Assembly: GCA_014239585.1 (NCBI GenBank)
Contig: JAAZYP010000001.1
Coordinates: 177,955 to 241,954, forward strand
DNA from: Nanobdellota archaeon
GTDB taxonomy: Archaea; Nanobdellota; Nanobdellia; UBA10117; ARS21
DNA length: 64,000 nt
Reading direction: 5' to 3'
The first letter of the stretch is position 1. Every line of letters begins with the position of its first letter. The notes under the pieces were generated by a model. That model saw nothing but the letters and a program-made list of their open reading frames with translations. It did no database searches and was not told the DNA's origin. Shown in pieces: positions 44,233-53,317 of this stretch. The position numbers and the translations under genes were made by a program.

Positions 44233-45489
44233 CTAGTACAAAAATGCATTTGGATGAGATTTTGTAGATAATTCTCCGCGTAAATTTGTGACCATTAAAT
44301 GTCTGACTTTTTCTATATTGTTTGTTTGTCCCAATACCCACGATAATTTTACATATGCAGTTTCAGAAAGCATGTCTTCAAGATAAACTACTCCGTGATT
44401 TGTAAGTGCCCTTCCAGTCGAATAAACATAAGGATCAACGCGCCCATAATCTGCTTGGGAAGTCATTCCGACAAAAATTCCTTTTTTGATTAATTTGGTT
44501 AATGGTTCGAGCCAGGTTGTTGTTGCGACATGACCTAACCCAGTTCCTTCTATAATTATACCTTTATAATCTTCGTAACATTTCAAAATATCTGGAGACA
44601 TACCAGGATAATATTTGATTAATGCAACTTTTGATTCAAATTTTGATTTAACTTTTATTTTTCTCGAATGTCTTAATTCGTAACCATTATGTTTTTCTAA
44701 TTTTCCATTAGGATATATTTTTGCTAAAGGAACTGTGTTAATTGGTCTAAACGCATCTCGTTTAGAAGTATGTAATTTTTTAACTTTAGTTCCGCGATTT
44801 GCAATACAATAATCATCACTGGAAGTTCCGTGTAATACTGTTGCAACTTCAGCAATATCGCTAATTGCATAATGAACTCCGCAAATTAAATTCATTCCTC
44901 CGTCAAAACTTCCACGGTCGGACGATCTCTGCCCTCCGACAATTGCCACCGGTTTAGATAAACCTTCTAAAGCAAATGTTAGTGCTGCTGCAGTATAATG
45001 AAGTGTATCTGTTCCGTGAGTTACTACTGCTCCGCGAATCTCATCTTTGTTTAATTCTCTTGCAACAAATCCTGCAATTTTAGACCAGTGCTCAGGATTC
45101 ATTTCTTCACTAAATATTGACATTGGCGCTGAAACTGAAATATTTGATATTTTTTTAAGTTCAGGAATTTTTCCCAATAAATCTGCAGGTTTTGTCATCG
45201 GGTGAACTGCTCCTGTTTTGTAATCAACGTGCGATGCAATCGTTCCTCCTGTTGAAATTAAAGATACATTTGGTAAAGATTTATTTTTTGTAATTAATAA
45301 TGTATTTGCTTTTAATCCTAAATTTGCTTTTCCTAAAACTTCAACTTTTGACCCTTTTCGGGGTAAACCCACATTATATCCGTTAGTTAATTTTAACAAA
45401 TGCATATTTTTGTCGGATGATTCTAAAAGAATACCTTCGTATTCTGAACCAAAATATTTTACTTTTACTTTATTTCCAACATTGCTCAT
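44233..45489 (-). CDS. gatD: Glu-tRNA(Gln) amidotransferase subunit D (asparaginase-like)
   Basis: N-terminal beta domain, then the asparaginase motifs STGGTIAS and HGTDT. Confidence 0.88.
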   Translation of the reverse strand: MSNVGNKVKVKYFGSEYEGILLESSDKNMHLLKLTNGYNVGLPRKGSKVEVLGKANLGLKANTLLITKNKSLPNVSLISTGGTIASHVDYKTGAVHPMTKPADLLGKIPELKKISNISVSAPMSIFSEEMNPEHWSKIAGFVARELNKDEIRGAVVTHGTDTLHYTAAALTFALEGLSKPVAIVGGQRSSDRGSFDGGMNLICGVHYAISDIAEVATVLHGTSSDDYCIANRGTKVKKLHTSKRDAFRPINTVPLAKIYPNGKLEKHNGYELRHSRKIKVKSKFESKVALIKYYPGMSPDILKCYEDYKGIIIEGTGLGHVATTTWLEPLTKLIKKGIFVGMTSQADYGRVDPYVYSTGRALTNHGVVYLEDMLSETAYVKLSWVLGQTNNIEKVRHLMVTNLRGELSTKSHPNAFLY

Positions 45490-45524
45490 AATTTAACTTC
45501 CTCTTAATGTTATAAAAATATTAA

Positions 45525-45544
45525 GGTACCTCCAGGGAGGCACC
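45525..45544 (-). terminator. GC-rich stem-loop GGUGCCUCC-CUGG-region hairpin after ftsZ
   Basis: GGTACCTCC/GGAGGCACC inverted repeat (one mismatch), 31 nt after the ftsZ stop. Confidence 0.35.
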
Positions 45545-45575
45545 AGAACTTCGTAAGACAACTCGGGTTAGGTCC

Positions 45576-46652
45576 TTAACTAATCATGTCAAGTCCCAAT
45601 TCGTTATTGAGCTCGATTGTTTGTTTTGATGCGTTAGCGTAGGCATCTTGACCCAATACATATGGAGATTTAACTCCAGTAATTATGGTCATTACTCTTA
45701 ATTTACCCCGCATTTCATCATCAATTCTTGCTCCCCAAATGACATTTGCGTCACTATCTAGGCCAGCAGTGATGAGTTCACCAACTCTTTCAGCTTCATC
45801 TAAAGTTAAATCTGGTCCACCGGTAATGTGGATCAATGCGCCAGTAGCGCCATCATAACTTACTTCCAATAGTGGATTAGATAAAGCTCTTTTTGTGGCT
45901 TCTTCTACTCTTTTATCTGAATCTGATTCTCCGATTCCAGTTACAGAAACTCCTCCTGTAGACATAATTGCTCTAACGTCTGCATAATCTAAGTTAATCA
46001 AAGATGGTACAGATATAATTTCTACAATTCCTTTAATCATAGTGGAAATTAATTCATTAGCAACAGCGAATGCCTGTTGAATAGGTAAGTTACCTGCGAT
46101 TGAAGATAATCTATTATTATCGATTACGATTACAGTATTACATACTTCTCTTAATTGTTTAAGTCCCCATTCAGCTTTATCAATTCTAGCTTTTTCGATT
46201 GAGAACGGCATTGTAACAACACCAATAACAATTGCTTTTGATTCTTTAGCTACTTGAGCTACAACTGGAGCAACACCGGTTCCAGTTCCGCCTCCCATTC
46301 CTGCACAAACAAAAACCATATCTGATTCAGCTAAAGCGCTTTTTAATTCGTGAATTTGTTCTCTTGCAGATTGTGCTCCAACTTCAGGAATACCGCCTGC
46401 TCCGAGACCACGAGTTGTATCTCTTCCAACAAGAATCTTCTTGTCTGCTTCTCTGTGGTCTAAGTGCATTTTATCCGTATTTACGGCAACAATTTCTGCA
46501 CCCTCTACGCCTTTTTTATATAGCCAATCTGCCATATTATTTCCAGCGCCACCACAGCCGATGACTTTTATATTTGCTTGTCCAACACTTGAGTCGACTG
46601 TCTCAGTTTGATTTTCCAAACTGCTTAATGCGTTTTGTACTATGAAATCCAT
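45576..46652 (-). CDS. ftsZ: cell division GTPase FtsZ
   Basis: GCGGAGNN, GMGGGTGTG, NVIWGA. Confidence 0.96.
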   Translation of the reverse strand: MDFIVQNALSSLENQTETVDSSVGQANIKVIGCGGAGNNMADWLYKKGVEGAEIVAVNTDKMHLDHREADKKILVGRDTTRGLGAGGIPEVGAQSAREQIHELKSALAESDMVFVCAGMGGGTGTGVAPVVAQVAKESKAIVIGVVTMPFSIEKARIDKAEWGLKQLREVCNTVIVIDNNRLSSIAGNLPIQQAFAVANELISTMIKGIVEIISVPSLINLDYADVRAIMSTGGVSVTGIGESDSDKRVEEATKRALSNPLLEVSYDGATGALIHITGGPDLTLDEAERVGELITAGLDSDANVIWGARIDDEMRGKLRVMTIITGVKSPYVLGQDAYANASKQTIELNNELGLDMIS

Positions 46653-46718
46653 TTTTCAAATAGTCAATTTCTTACGAAGTGACTTGTTTCAAAAATAAAA
46701 CATTACTTAAAAAGGATT

Positions 46719-46736
46719 TATAGTTTTGAGACTATA
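46719..46736. promoter_or_regulatory. palindrome TATAGT-N6-ACTATA upstream of ftsZ (copy 1)
   Basis: Perfect 6-bp arms, 67-84 nt upstream of the ftsZ ATG. Confidence 0.35.
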
Positions 46737-46801
46737 GGTTGGACAAAACGAGTAAAAAAACGTTATACTGCGGGGCTAAATTTGAACTGTATGTTTCAAA
46801 A

Positions 46802-46817
46802 TATAGTTTTCACTATA
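46802..46817. promoter_or_regulatory. palindrome TATAGT-N4-ACTATA (copy 2)
   Basis: Same arms as copy 1, 83 nt away. It is 8 nt after the nitroreductase stop, so it could equally be that gene's terminator. Confidence 0.3.
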
Positions 46818-46824
46818 CAATTAA

Positions 46825-47496
46825 TCATTTAAAATGCTTTATGGTCTTTCCGATTTTTCTCACCAAATTATCATAACTTACATTAAGTTTTTTATCAACC
46901 TTATCATTAATTTTTTTAATAAATGCAATATGTTTCTTTTTTATCAATGGAAATGTTTTGTCTGCTCGTTTTTTTGTTTTCCATTCTTCATAGAAAGTTC
47001 GCGCATATGCAAAAGTTTGTACTTTTTTGTTAAAATGTTGATCTGAATGTCCGATTGCCAAAATATTATGAATTTGGATTTTAGCAGGTATATTTAACAG
47101 CGATGCAATTCTTTTCTCACTAAAATCGCTAACCCATGCGCTTTGTAAATCATATTCTCTTGCCGCTAAAGATATGTTTTGAGATACTGCCGATGAATTT
47201 TGGATACCATATCTATTAACATCTTTATCTGAATATAATTTTTTTAAATTTCCGTTATCTGAACAAACAACTAATAAAATTGGTGCACTCGACAGCCAAT
47301 TATGACCCGATATTGCTGAAATTTTATTACGTAATGATTCAGTTTCAACAATTATTATTTTTGTGGAAGGAATATTTCCTTCAGCATGGGCTGCATATCC
47401 TGCTTCAAGAATCGAAAATAATTTCTTGTAAGGTATTGTTTTATTCTTAAAATTATGTACTTCTCTTCGACTAAAAATCGAATCATATAATTCCAT
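46825..47496 (-). CDS. nitroreductase-family flavoprotein
   Basis: N-terminal SRREVHNFKNKTIP motif and family-typical length. Confidence 0.7.
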   Translation of the reverse strand: MELYDSIFSRREVHNFKNKTIPYKKLFSILEAGYAAHAEGNIPSTKIIIVETESLRNKISAISGHNWLSSAPILLVVCSDNGNLKKLYSDKDVNRYGIQNSSAVSQNISLAAREYDLQSAWVSDFSEKRIASLLNIPAKIQIHNILAIGHSDQHFNKKVQTFAYARTFYEEWKTKKRADKTFPLIKKKHIAFIKKINDKVDKKLNVSYDNLVRKIGKTIKHFK

Positions 47497-47573
47497 GTTT
47501 ATTCTATGTCTAAATAATTAATAAAACTATCTCGATTGATAATACTTATAATTACCAATATTAAGGTGAGAAC

Positions 47574-49259
47574 ATGGATTATTCTCGACTTGTCAGAATA
47601 TATGAAGAACTATCTAACACAGCAGGTAGGTTGGAAAAGCGAGATATTATATCTAATTTTTTAAGTTCAGTTCATGAAAAAAATCTTGTAAATATTATTA
47701 ATCTTCTACAGGGTCAAAATTTCCCTGAATGGGATTCGCGTAAAATCGGTGTGGGAACACAGATAATTATCAAAGCTTTAGCAAATACTTCTGGAATTTC
47801 GATAGGCGATATCGACAAATTATGGGCAGATATCGGCGATCTAGGTAAAGTTGCAGAAAAGATACTCTCAAATAAAAAACAATCTACGCTAGTCTCAAAT
47901 TCGTTAACTATAAAGGGTGTTGTGGATCGAAATCAAAAATTAGCAGAAATTGAGGGTTCAGGTACGGTATCAAAAAAAATTGATGTTATCTCTGAATTAT
48001 TATCTTCTACTGATGCAATTGGTGCAAAATATCTTGTTCGATTACTCTTAGAGGATCTCCGAACAGGTGCAGGTATTGGAGTTATTCGTGATGCAATTTC
48101 CGAGACATACGATATTGAAAAATCTAAAATCCAGAGAGGTTATGATCTTACTACGGATTTGGCCCGAGTTGCATATATTGCTAAGATTGACGGTGAAAAT
48201 GGATTAGATAAATTAAAAATTTCACCTGGAAGTCCAGTTAAAGTTATGTTGTTCCAAAAATCTGAAACTTTTGAAGGTGCATTTGATAAAGTAGGTATTC
48301 CTGCTGCGATTGAATACAAATATGATGGTTTTAGACTTCAAATTCATCGAAATAAATCTAAAATTAAACTTTTTACTCGAAATCTTGAAGATGTTACTAA
48401 TCAATTTCCAGATATTATTGAATTTGTAAAGCGAGATATTGATTCTGAATCATTTGTAATTGATTGCGAAGCAATTGGTTATGATCCTAAAACAAAAGTT
48501 TGGAAACCTTTCCAAGAAATTTCTCAGCGTATTCGACGTAAATATGATATTGAAAACATGATTAAAGAAGTGCCAGTCATGATTCTTGCATTTGATATTT
48601 TATTTTTGAATGGAAAGAGTTTATTGTCGATTCCATTTAGTGACCGAAGAAAAAACCTAAAATCTATACTAAAAAGTGAGACTTTGGCAGTTGACATAGC
48701 CAAATCACTCCATACTGATGATATTTCAAAAGCTCAAAAATTTTATGAATCTGCGCTAGATGCTGGCGCTGAAGGAGTAATGGTAAAGAATCTAGCGAGT
48801 ATTTACAAACCCGGTTCTAGAGTTGGATTTGGGTTAAAAATTAAACCTGTAATGGAATCTTTGGACTTAACCGTTGTTGGTGCAGAATGGGGTACAGGTA
48901 AACGCGCAAATTGGTTGAGTAGTTTTACTCTTGCATGCAAGCAAGGTGATGAATTTTTTGAAATTGGTAAAATGGGGACTGGTCTTAAGGAAAAAGAAAA
49001 TGATGGTCTAAGTTTTAATCAAATTACTAATTTATTAAAGCCAAATATCTTGAACGAAGAGGGTCGGAATGTTACAATTAAACCTTCAATTGTTATTGAA
49101 ATTGAATATGAAGAGATTCAGAAATCTCCAACTTATTCTTCAGGATTTGCATTGAGATTCCCTCGAGTATTACGTCTAAGAGATGATTTGAATTTATCTG
49201 ATGTTGATAACTTATCTAAAATTGAATCACTGAGAAATAGTCAACGTGCACGCAATTAA
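47574..49259 (+). CDS. lig: ATP-dependent DNA ligase
   Basis: Adenylation motif I EYKYDGFR, motif III/IV/V spacing, EGVMVK, C-terminal OB domain; 561 aa. Confidence 0.93.
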   Translation: MDYSRLVRIYEELSNTAGRLEKRDIISNFLSSVHEKNLVNIINLLQGQNFPEWDSRKIGVGTQIIIKALANTSGISIGDIDKLWADIGDLGKVAEKILSNKKQSTLVSNSLTIKGVVDRNQKLAEIEGSGTVSKKIDVISELLSSTDAIGAKYLVRLLLEDLRTGAGIGVIRDAISETYDIEKSKIQRGYDLTTDLARVAYIAKIDGENGLDKLKISPGSPVKVMLFQKSETFEGAFDKVGIPAAIEYKYDGFRLQIHRNKSKIKLFTRNLEDVTNQFPDIIEFVKRDIDSESFVIDCEAIGYDPKTKVWKPFQEISQRIRRKYDIENMIKEVPVMILAFDILFLNGKSLLSIPFSDRRKNLKSILKSETLAVDIAKSLHTDDISKAQKFYESALDAGAEGVMVKNLASIYKPGSRVGFGLKIKPVMESLDLTVVGAEWGTGKRANWLSSFTLACKQGDEFFEIGKMGTGLKEKENDGLSFNQITNLLKPNILNEEGRNVTIKPSIVIEIEYEEIQKSPTYSSGFALRFPRVLRLRDDLNLSDVDNLSKIESLRNSQRARN

Positions 49260-49371
49260 ATTTTCTGAAACATAGTTTTATTTTTTAAACTGTGTTCCAT
49301 TTATATGTTTCATAAACAAAATAATGTTTCTTTTTCAAAACTCTTTTATAGGTCTGTTCCAATTATAAAAC

Positions 49372-49881
49372 ATGAAGGTAGATTTATTAGGAAAAATATT
49401 TGATATAAAAACTGTTCAAGTAATTAAAGTTCTACTAACTAAACGTGGAAGATTTTATCTTAGAGATTTATCTCGTGAGTCGGGAGTAAGCCTAGCAACT
49501 ACTTATCGTATTGTTCAAAAATTGAAGGCAATCGGTATTGTTTACAAAGATGGTAAAGAAAAAATTGAATTTTATGAATTAGATCGAAATTCAGATAATT
49601 TCGCAATAATTAAGGAGATATTCTTTGAATCTGAGCAAAAACCTGCGGAAATAATAAAGAAAACTCTTCATGAAATTCATGGTTTAGAACCTAGAATTTA
49701 TTATGAAAAAACTAATGAAAATAAAATTATCGTAGTAAGTTCATTAACTGAAAAGAAAGAAATTCATAATTTAAAGGAAAAATTAGACGAAGAAGTAAAA
49801 GTAGTCTTATTTTCAAATTCTCAATTTATCGAAATGAAAAATGCAGGATTTATAAAAAGTAAAACTTTGACTGAGATATAA
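49372..49881 (+). CDS. winged-helix DNA-binding protein (regulator, family unclear)
   Basis: N-terminal wHTH pattern LRDLSRESGVSLATTYRIVQKLKAIGIV. Confidence 0.55.
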   Translation: MKVDLLGKIFDIKTVQVIKVLLTKRGRFYLRDLSRESGVSLATTYRIVQKLKAIGIVYKDGKEKIEFYELDRNSDNFAIIKEIFFESEQKPAEIIKKTLHEIHGLEPRIYYEKTNENKIIVVSSLTEKKEIHNLKEKLDEEVKVVLFSNSQFIEMKNAGFIKSKTLTEI

Positions 49882-49962
49882 CCTTGATTGAAGAAATGAT
49901 TATAAAGAAAAATTAGCATTACTCATCAAAGACTAATGAATTTACTATTAGTTAGTTAAACG

Positions 49963-50793
49963 ATGTTAATAAATGAAGATTTCCTGAACCGATTAAGACA
50001 AAGTTTCAGTTTAAATTTATACGAAGTTAAACTTTGGACGGCAATATTATCTCGTGGTATTTCAACTGCAGGTGAATTAAGTGATATTGCCGATGTACCT
50101 CGATCTAGAACTTATGATGTACTTGAAAGTTTAGAACGTAAAGGATTTGTAATCGTAAAACCTGAAAAACCAATAAAATATATGGCTCTTCCGCCGACTG
50201 AAGTGTTGGACCGTGTTCAAAAGAAAATTGAATCTGAATTAAAAACTCATTCAGGAAAGGTTGAAAAACTTAGAAATTCTGAAATGATTTCTGAACTTAT
50301 GAATTTATATGACCAAGGAATCGAACCTATGCAAGTTACTGATTTCTCAGGAGCATTAAAAGGAAGACACAATATTTATGATCAATTGTCCATGCTAATA
50401 AAAAATTCAAAGGAATCGATTGAATTAGTTACTAGTGAAGATGGATTATTAAGAAAAACTCGGACATTAAAACCTCTTTTAGAAAAAGCACTTATGCGTG
50501 GCGTTAAAATAAAAATTATAATTCCTTCGGGAGAAATTGAAGGTATTAGTTCAGATGAAGGTCTGATTGAAGTTAAAAATGATCCTTCAATTTCCGCAAG
50601 ATTTATGATTGTTGATAAAAAACAAATTGTATTTATGCTTGCTGACGATAAAAAAATACATCCGTCTTATGATATGGGTTTCTGGGTAAATTCCGGATTT
50701 TTTTGTAATGCACTATCTAAAATGTTTAATCAATCTTGGAATTCTGGACCAAGCTTAAATGATGAAACGCCGAGTTCGGATCTGGAAGAATAG
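49963..50793 (+). CDS. trmB: TrmB-family transcriptional regulator
   Basis: GLNLYEVKLW-type N-terminus, ELSDIADVPRSRTYDVLESLERKGFV, coiled-coil linker and a C-terminal effector-like domain. Confidence 0.8.
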   Translation: MLINEDFLNRLRQSFSLNLYEVKLWTAILSRGISTAGELSDIADVPRSRTYDVLESLERKGFVIVKPEKPIKYMALPPTEVLDRVQKKIESELKTHSGKVEKLRNSEMISELMNLYDQGIEPMQVTDFSGALKGRHNIYDQLSMLIKNSKESIELVTSEDGLLRKTRTLKPLLEKALMRGVKIKIIIPSGEIEGISSDEGLIEVKNDPSISARFMIVDKKQIVFMLADDKKIHPSYDMGFWVNSGFFCNALSKMFNQSWNSGPSLNDETPSSDLEE

Positions 50794-50836
50794 GTTTATC
50801 CGAAGAATTTTTAAACAAAAATCTGACATCTGAGAT

Positions 50837-52345
50837 ATGCAATCACTAGTAAATATGCTCTTGAAAGAGGATAAATTAACTAAAAGTAAGACTGAACTAA
50901 TTAAGCGAAACTGGGCGCGTGAACACAAATCTAAGATGCCTTTAAATTCTGAGATATGGAGCATTTGTTCTGATAAAGAAAAGGAAAAATTAAGATATGT
51001 GTTAAACACTAAACCTACGCGAAACCTTGCGGGTGTTTCAATTATTGCAATTATGCCTAAACCTAACGGTTGTCCTGCAAGATGTACTTTCTGTCCAGAA
51101 GGTAAAAATGCACCTAAAAGTTATACGGGTTTTGAACCTTCAACTATGCGTTCAATTAGAAATAATTTTGATTCACACAAGACTGTATCTGAACGTCTTA
51201 AATCTTTAGAAAATACAGGTCATATTACTGATAAAAATGAATTAATAATTCAGGGTGGAACTTTTCCTGCCTATCCGTGGGATTATCAAAAGAATTTTGT
51301 AAAAAGGGCATTTGATGGATTTAATGGTAAATTTTCTGAAACTCTGGCGGAAGCCAAAAAATTGAATGAAACTTCAGAACATAGATGTATTGGTTTAACT
51401 GTTGAAACTCGTCCAGATTGGATTTTTATAGATAAATTTCTCGAATTAGGGTGTACTCGAATTGAAATGGGTCTTCAGGCTCCCTACGATGATGTTTTAG
51501 ATGCAGTAAATCGAGGGCACAGTGTCCAAGACTTCAAAGATGCAGTAAAAACTTTGAAGGAGGGTGGATTCAAAATATTATATCATTTAATGCCGGGATT
51601 ACCTAACTCCAATTTAGAACGAGATTTGAAAGCAATTGATATAGTTTTTGAAGATGAAGAATTCAAGCCAGATATGTTCAAAATATATCCTACTCTCGTA
51701 ATGCCTGATACTGAACTTTATGATCAATGGAAATCTGGAGAATATGAACCGAGAGATGAAGAATATTACCAAAAAGTAATTGAACACGCTTACAAAAAAT
51801 CACCTAAATGGACCAGACTTATGAGAGTACAACGAGATATTCCTGCACAATATATTGGTGCTGGTCCAAAAAAGGGGAATCTCAGAGAAATTGTGGAAAA
51901 TAAATTGATTAAAGATGGGGTTCCAATTAACGAAATTAGATTTAGAGAAACCGGTCAATCCTATAAACGAAATAAATCTATTCCGAAAAAGATTACATTA
52001 TTGGTTGAGAAATATCGTGCCAGTGGCGGAGATGAATATTTTATCAGTGCAGAGGATGTTGAACAAAATATTTTACTCGGATTTTGTAGACTTAGATTGG
52101 GTGAACGAAAAGAGGGAATGATTCGTGAGTTGCACGTTTATGGTTCAGTTACCGAAATTGGTGAAATTGGAACTGATACTCAACACAAAGGTTGGGGTTC
52201 AAAACTTCTCAAAAAAGCCGAAGAAATTGCAAAGGAAAATGGTCGAGATGAAATGTTAGTTATATCTGGTGTCGGAGTAAGAGAATACTATAAAAATGTA
52301 CATGGCTATTCATTAAAAGATCATTACATGTGGAAGAAATTATGA
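50837..52345 (+). CDS. elp3: Elp3-like radical-SAM/acetyltransferase tRNA U34 modification enzyme
   Basis: CPARCTFCP radical-SAM cluster motif, long rSAM barrel, and a C-terminal GNAT domain (HKGWGSKLLKKAEEIA). Confidence 0.88.
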   Translation: MQSLVNMLLKEDKLTKSKTELIKRNWAREHKSKMPLNSEIWSICSDKEKEKLRYVLNTKPTRNLAGVSIIAIMPKPNGCPARCTFCPEGKNAPKSYTGFEPSTMRSIRNNFDSHKTVSERLKSLENTGHITDKNELIIQGGTFPAYPWDYQKNFVKRAFDGFNGKFSETLAEAKKLNETSEHRCIGLTVETRPDWIFIDKFLELGCTRIEMGLQAPYDDVLDAVNRGHSVQDFKDAVKTLKEGGFKILYHLMPGLPNSNLERDLKAIDIVFEDEEFKPDMFKIYPTLVMPDTELYDQWKSGEYEPRDEEYYQKVIEHAYKKSPKWTRLMRVQRDIPAQYIGAGPKKGNLREIVENKLIKDGVPINEIRFRETGQSYKRNKSIPKKITLLVEKYRASGGDEYFISAEDVEQNILLGFCRLRLGERKEGMIRELHVYGSVTEIGEIGTDTQHKGWGSKLLKKAEEIAKENGRDEMLVISGVGVREYYKNVHGYSLKDHYMWKKL

Positions 52346-52476
52346 AGATAATTATTAATCAAAATAAAAAATTGAATGAGTTAAAGAAAGATATTGAATT
52401 TCTGGGCGATTCAATTAATGACGTCATGAAACAAGGTGACTCTAAAGTTAAAATAAAATTGAATAAGCATTTCTAA
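52342..52476 (+). CDS. possible 44-aa protein, ATGA-coupled to elp3
   Basis: Manual ORF MKIIINQNKKLNELKKDIEFLGDSINDVMKQGDSKVKIKLNKHF. Confidence 0.25.
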   Translation: MKIIINQNKKLNELKKDIEFLGDSINDVMKQGDSKVKIKLNKHF

Positions 52477-52516
52477 ACATAAATCTTATAAATAAATCAA
52501 TAGACAGTCTATCAAT

Positions 52517-52589
52517 AGCCCTATAGTGTAGCGGTCAATCATTCGAGACTTTGGATCTTGAGACCCCGGTTCGAATCCGGGTAGGGCTA
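52517..52589 (+). tRNA. tRNA-Gln(UUG)
   Basis: Acceptor AGCCCTA/TAGGGCT (A1:U72), anticodon stem CGAGA/TCTTG with loop CTTTGGA, T arm CCCGG-TTCGAAT-CCGGG. Confidence 0.9.
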
Positions 52590-52610
52590 CTACTTTTTAG
52601 AAAAATTTAA

Positions 52611-53270
52611 TTATTTTTTGGATTTTACTTTTGCAACTGCTTTCTTTTTGGATGCTGGTGGTTCTGCTGCGGCAGCTTCAGCAGCTTTTTCTGCAGCTTC
52701 AATTAATGCTTCTTCTGCTTTCTTTTCAGCTTCAATTTCAGCTAATTGTTTTCGTAAATCATCTATTTTTTCAATCTCTTGGTTTAACACATGCACCTCT
52801 TCCTCCAGAGATTGCATAAGTTCAAAATTATTAATTTCAGAAAGTGGTTTTCCATCAGTTGGTGAAATAAAACCATGATTCAATGCTTCTTCATATTTGA
52901 ATTTTTCACCACTTTTGGATTCAAACGAGTACTCTGATTCCGCTTGGATTTGATCTTTATTCTTTTTTATTAAATTTTCTTTAAATTTTCTGTAAACATT
53001 TAAAAGTCGTTTTCGATTAACGTGCCAAAAATAAATATACCACCATTTCTTTTCTTCATCTCGTTCTTTTGTATATTCAACAAAGCCTGCATTGTGTAAT
53101 TTGTAAAGTGATTTTCGAGCTCCATTAATTTTAACATCAAGTTCTTCTGCAATTTCATTTTCAGATAAAATATCAATCTTTGCTAACATTCCTAAAACTT
53201 CAATAGTCTGCTCATCAAACTCTATAATCATATCTTCGACAATTTTGAATATTTCTTTGGTATTAAGCAT
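52611..53270 (-). CDS. tfe: transcription factor E (TFE alpha) with a cysteine-less ribbon and A/E/K-rich tail
   Basis: Winged helix LSENEIAEELDVKINGARKSLYKLHNAGFVEY...KWWYIYFW. The ribbon-equivalent segment lacks cysteines. Tail: AEKKAEEALIEAAEKAAEAAAAEPPASKKK. Confidence 0.8.
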   Translation of the reverse strand: MLNTKEIFKIVEDMIIEFDEQTIEVLGMLAKIDILSENEIAEELDVKINGARKSLYKLHNAGFVEYTKERDEEKKWWYIYFWHVNRKRLLNVYRKFKENLIKKNKDQIQAESEYSFESKSGEKFKYEEALNHGFISPTDGKPLSEINNFELMQSLEEEVHVLNQEIEKIDDLRKQLAEIEAEKKAEEALIEAAEKAAEAAAAEPPASKKKAVAKVKSKK

Positions 53271-53317
53271 TTTGGGGTAACTATCCTACACGCAGACTTA
53301 TTAAATAAAGGTTTGCG

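Noticed and set aside
46768-46795. tRNA-like fragment CTGCGGGGCTAAATTTGAACTG in the ftsZ upstream spacer
   Set aside because: It shares only the 10-mer ATTTGAACTG with the tRNA-Pro T arm. No T-stem pairing or acceptor stem can be drawn, so it is probably chance.
52618-52878. Ala/Ser-rich ORFs 52618..52878 and 52631..52819 (+ strand)
   Set aside because: They are mirror images of the A/E/K-rich low-complexity tail of tfe on the minus strand.
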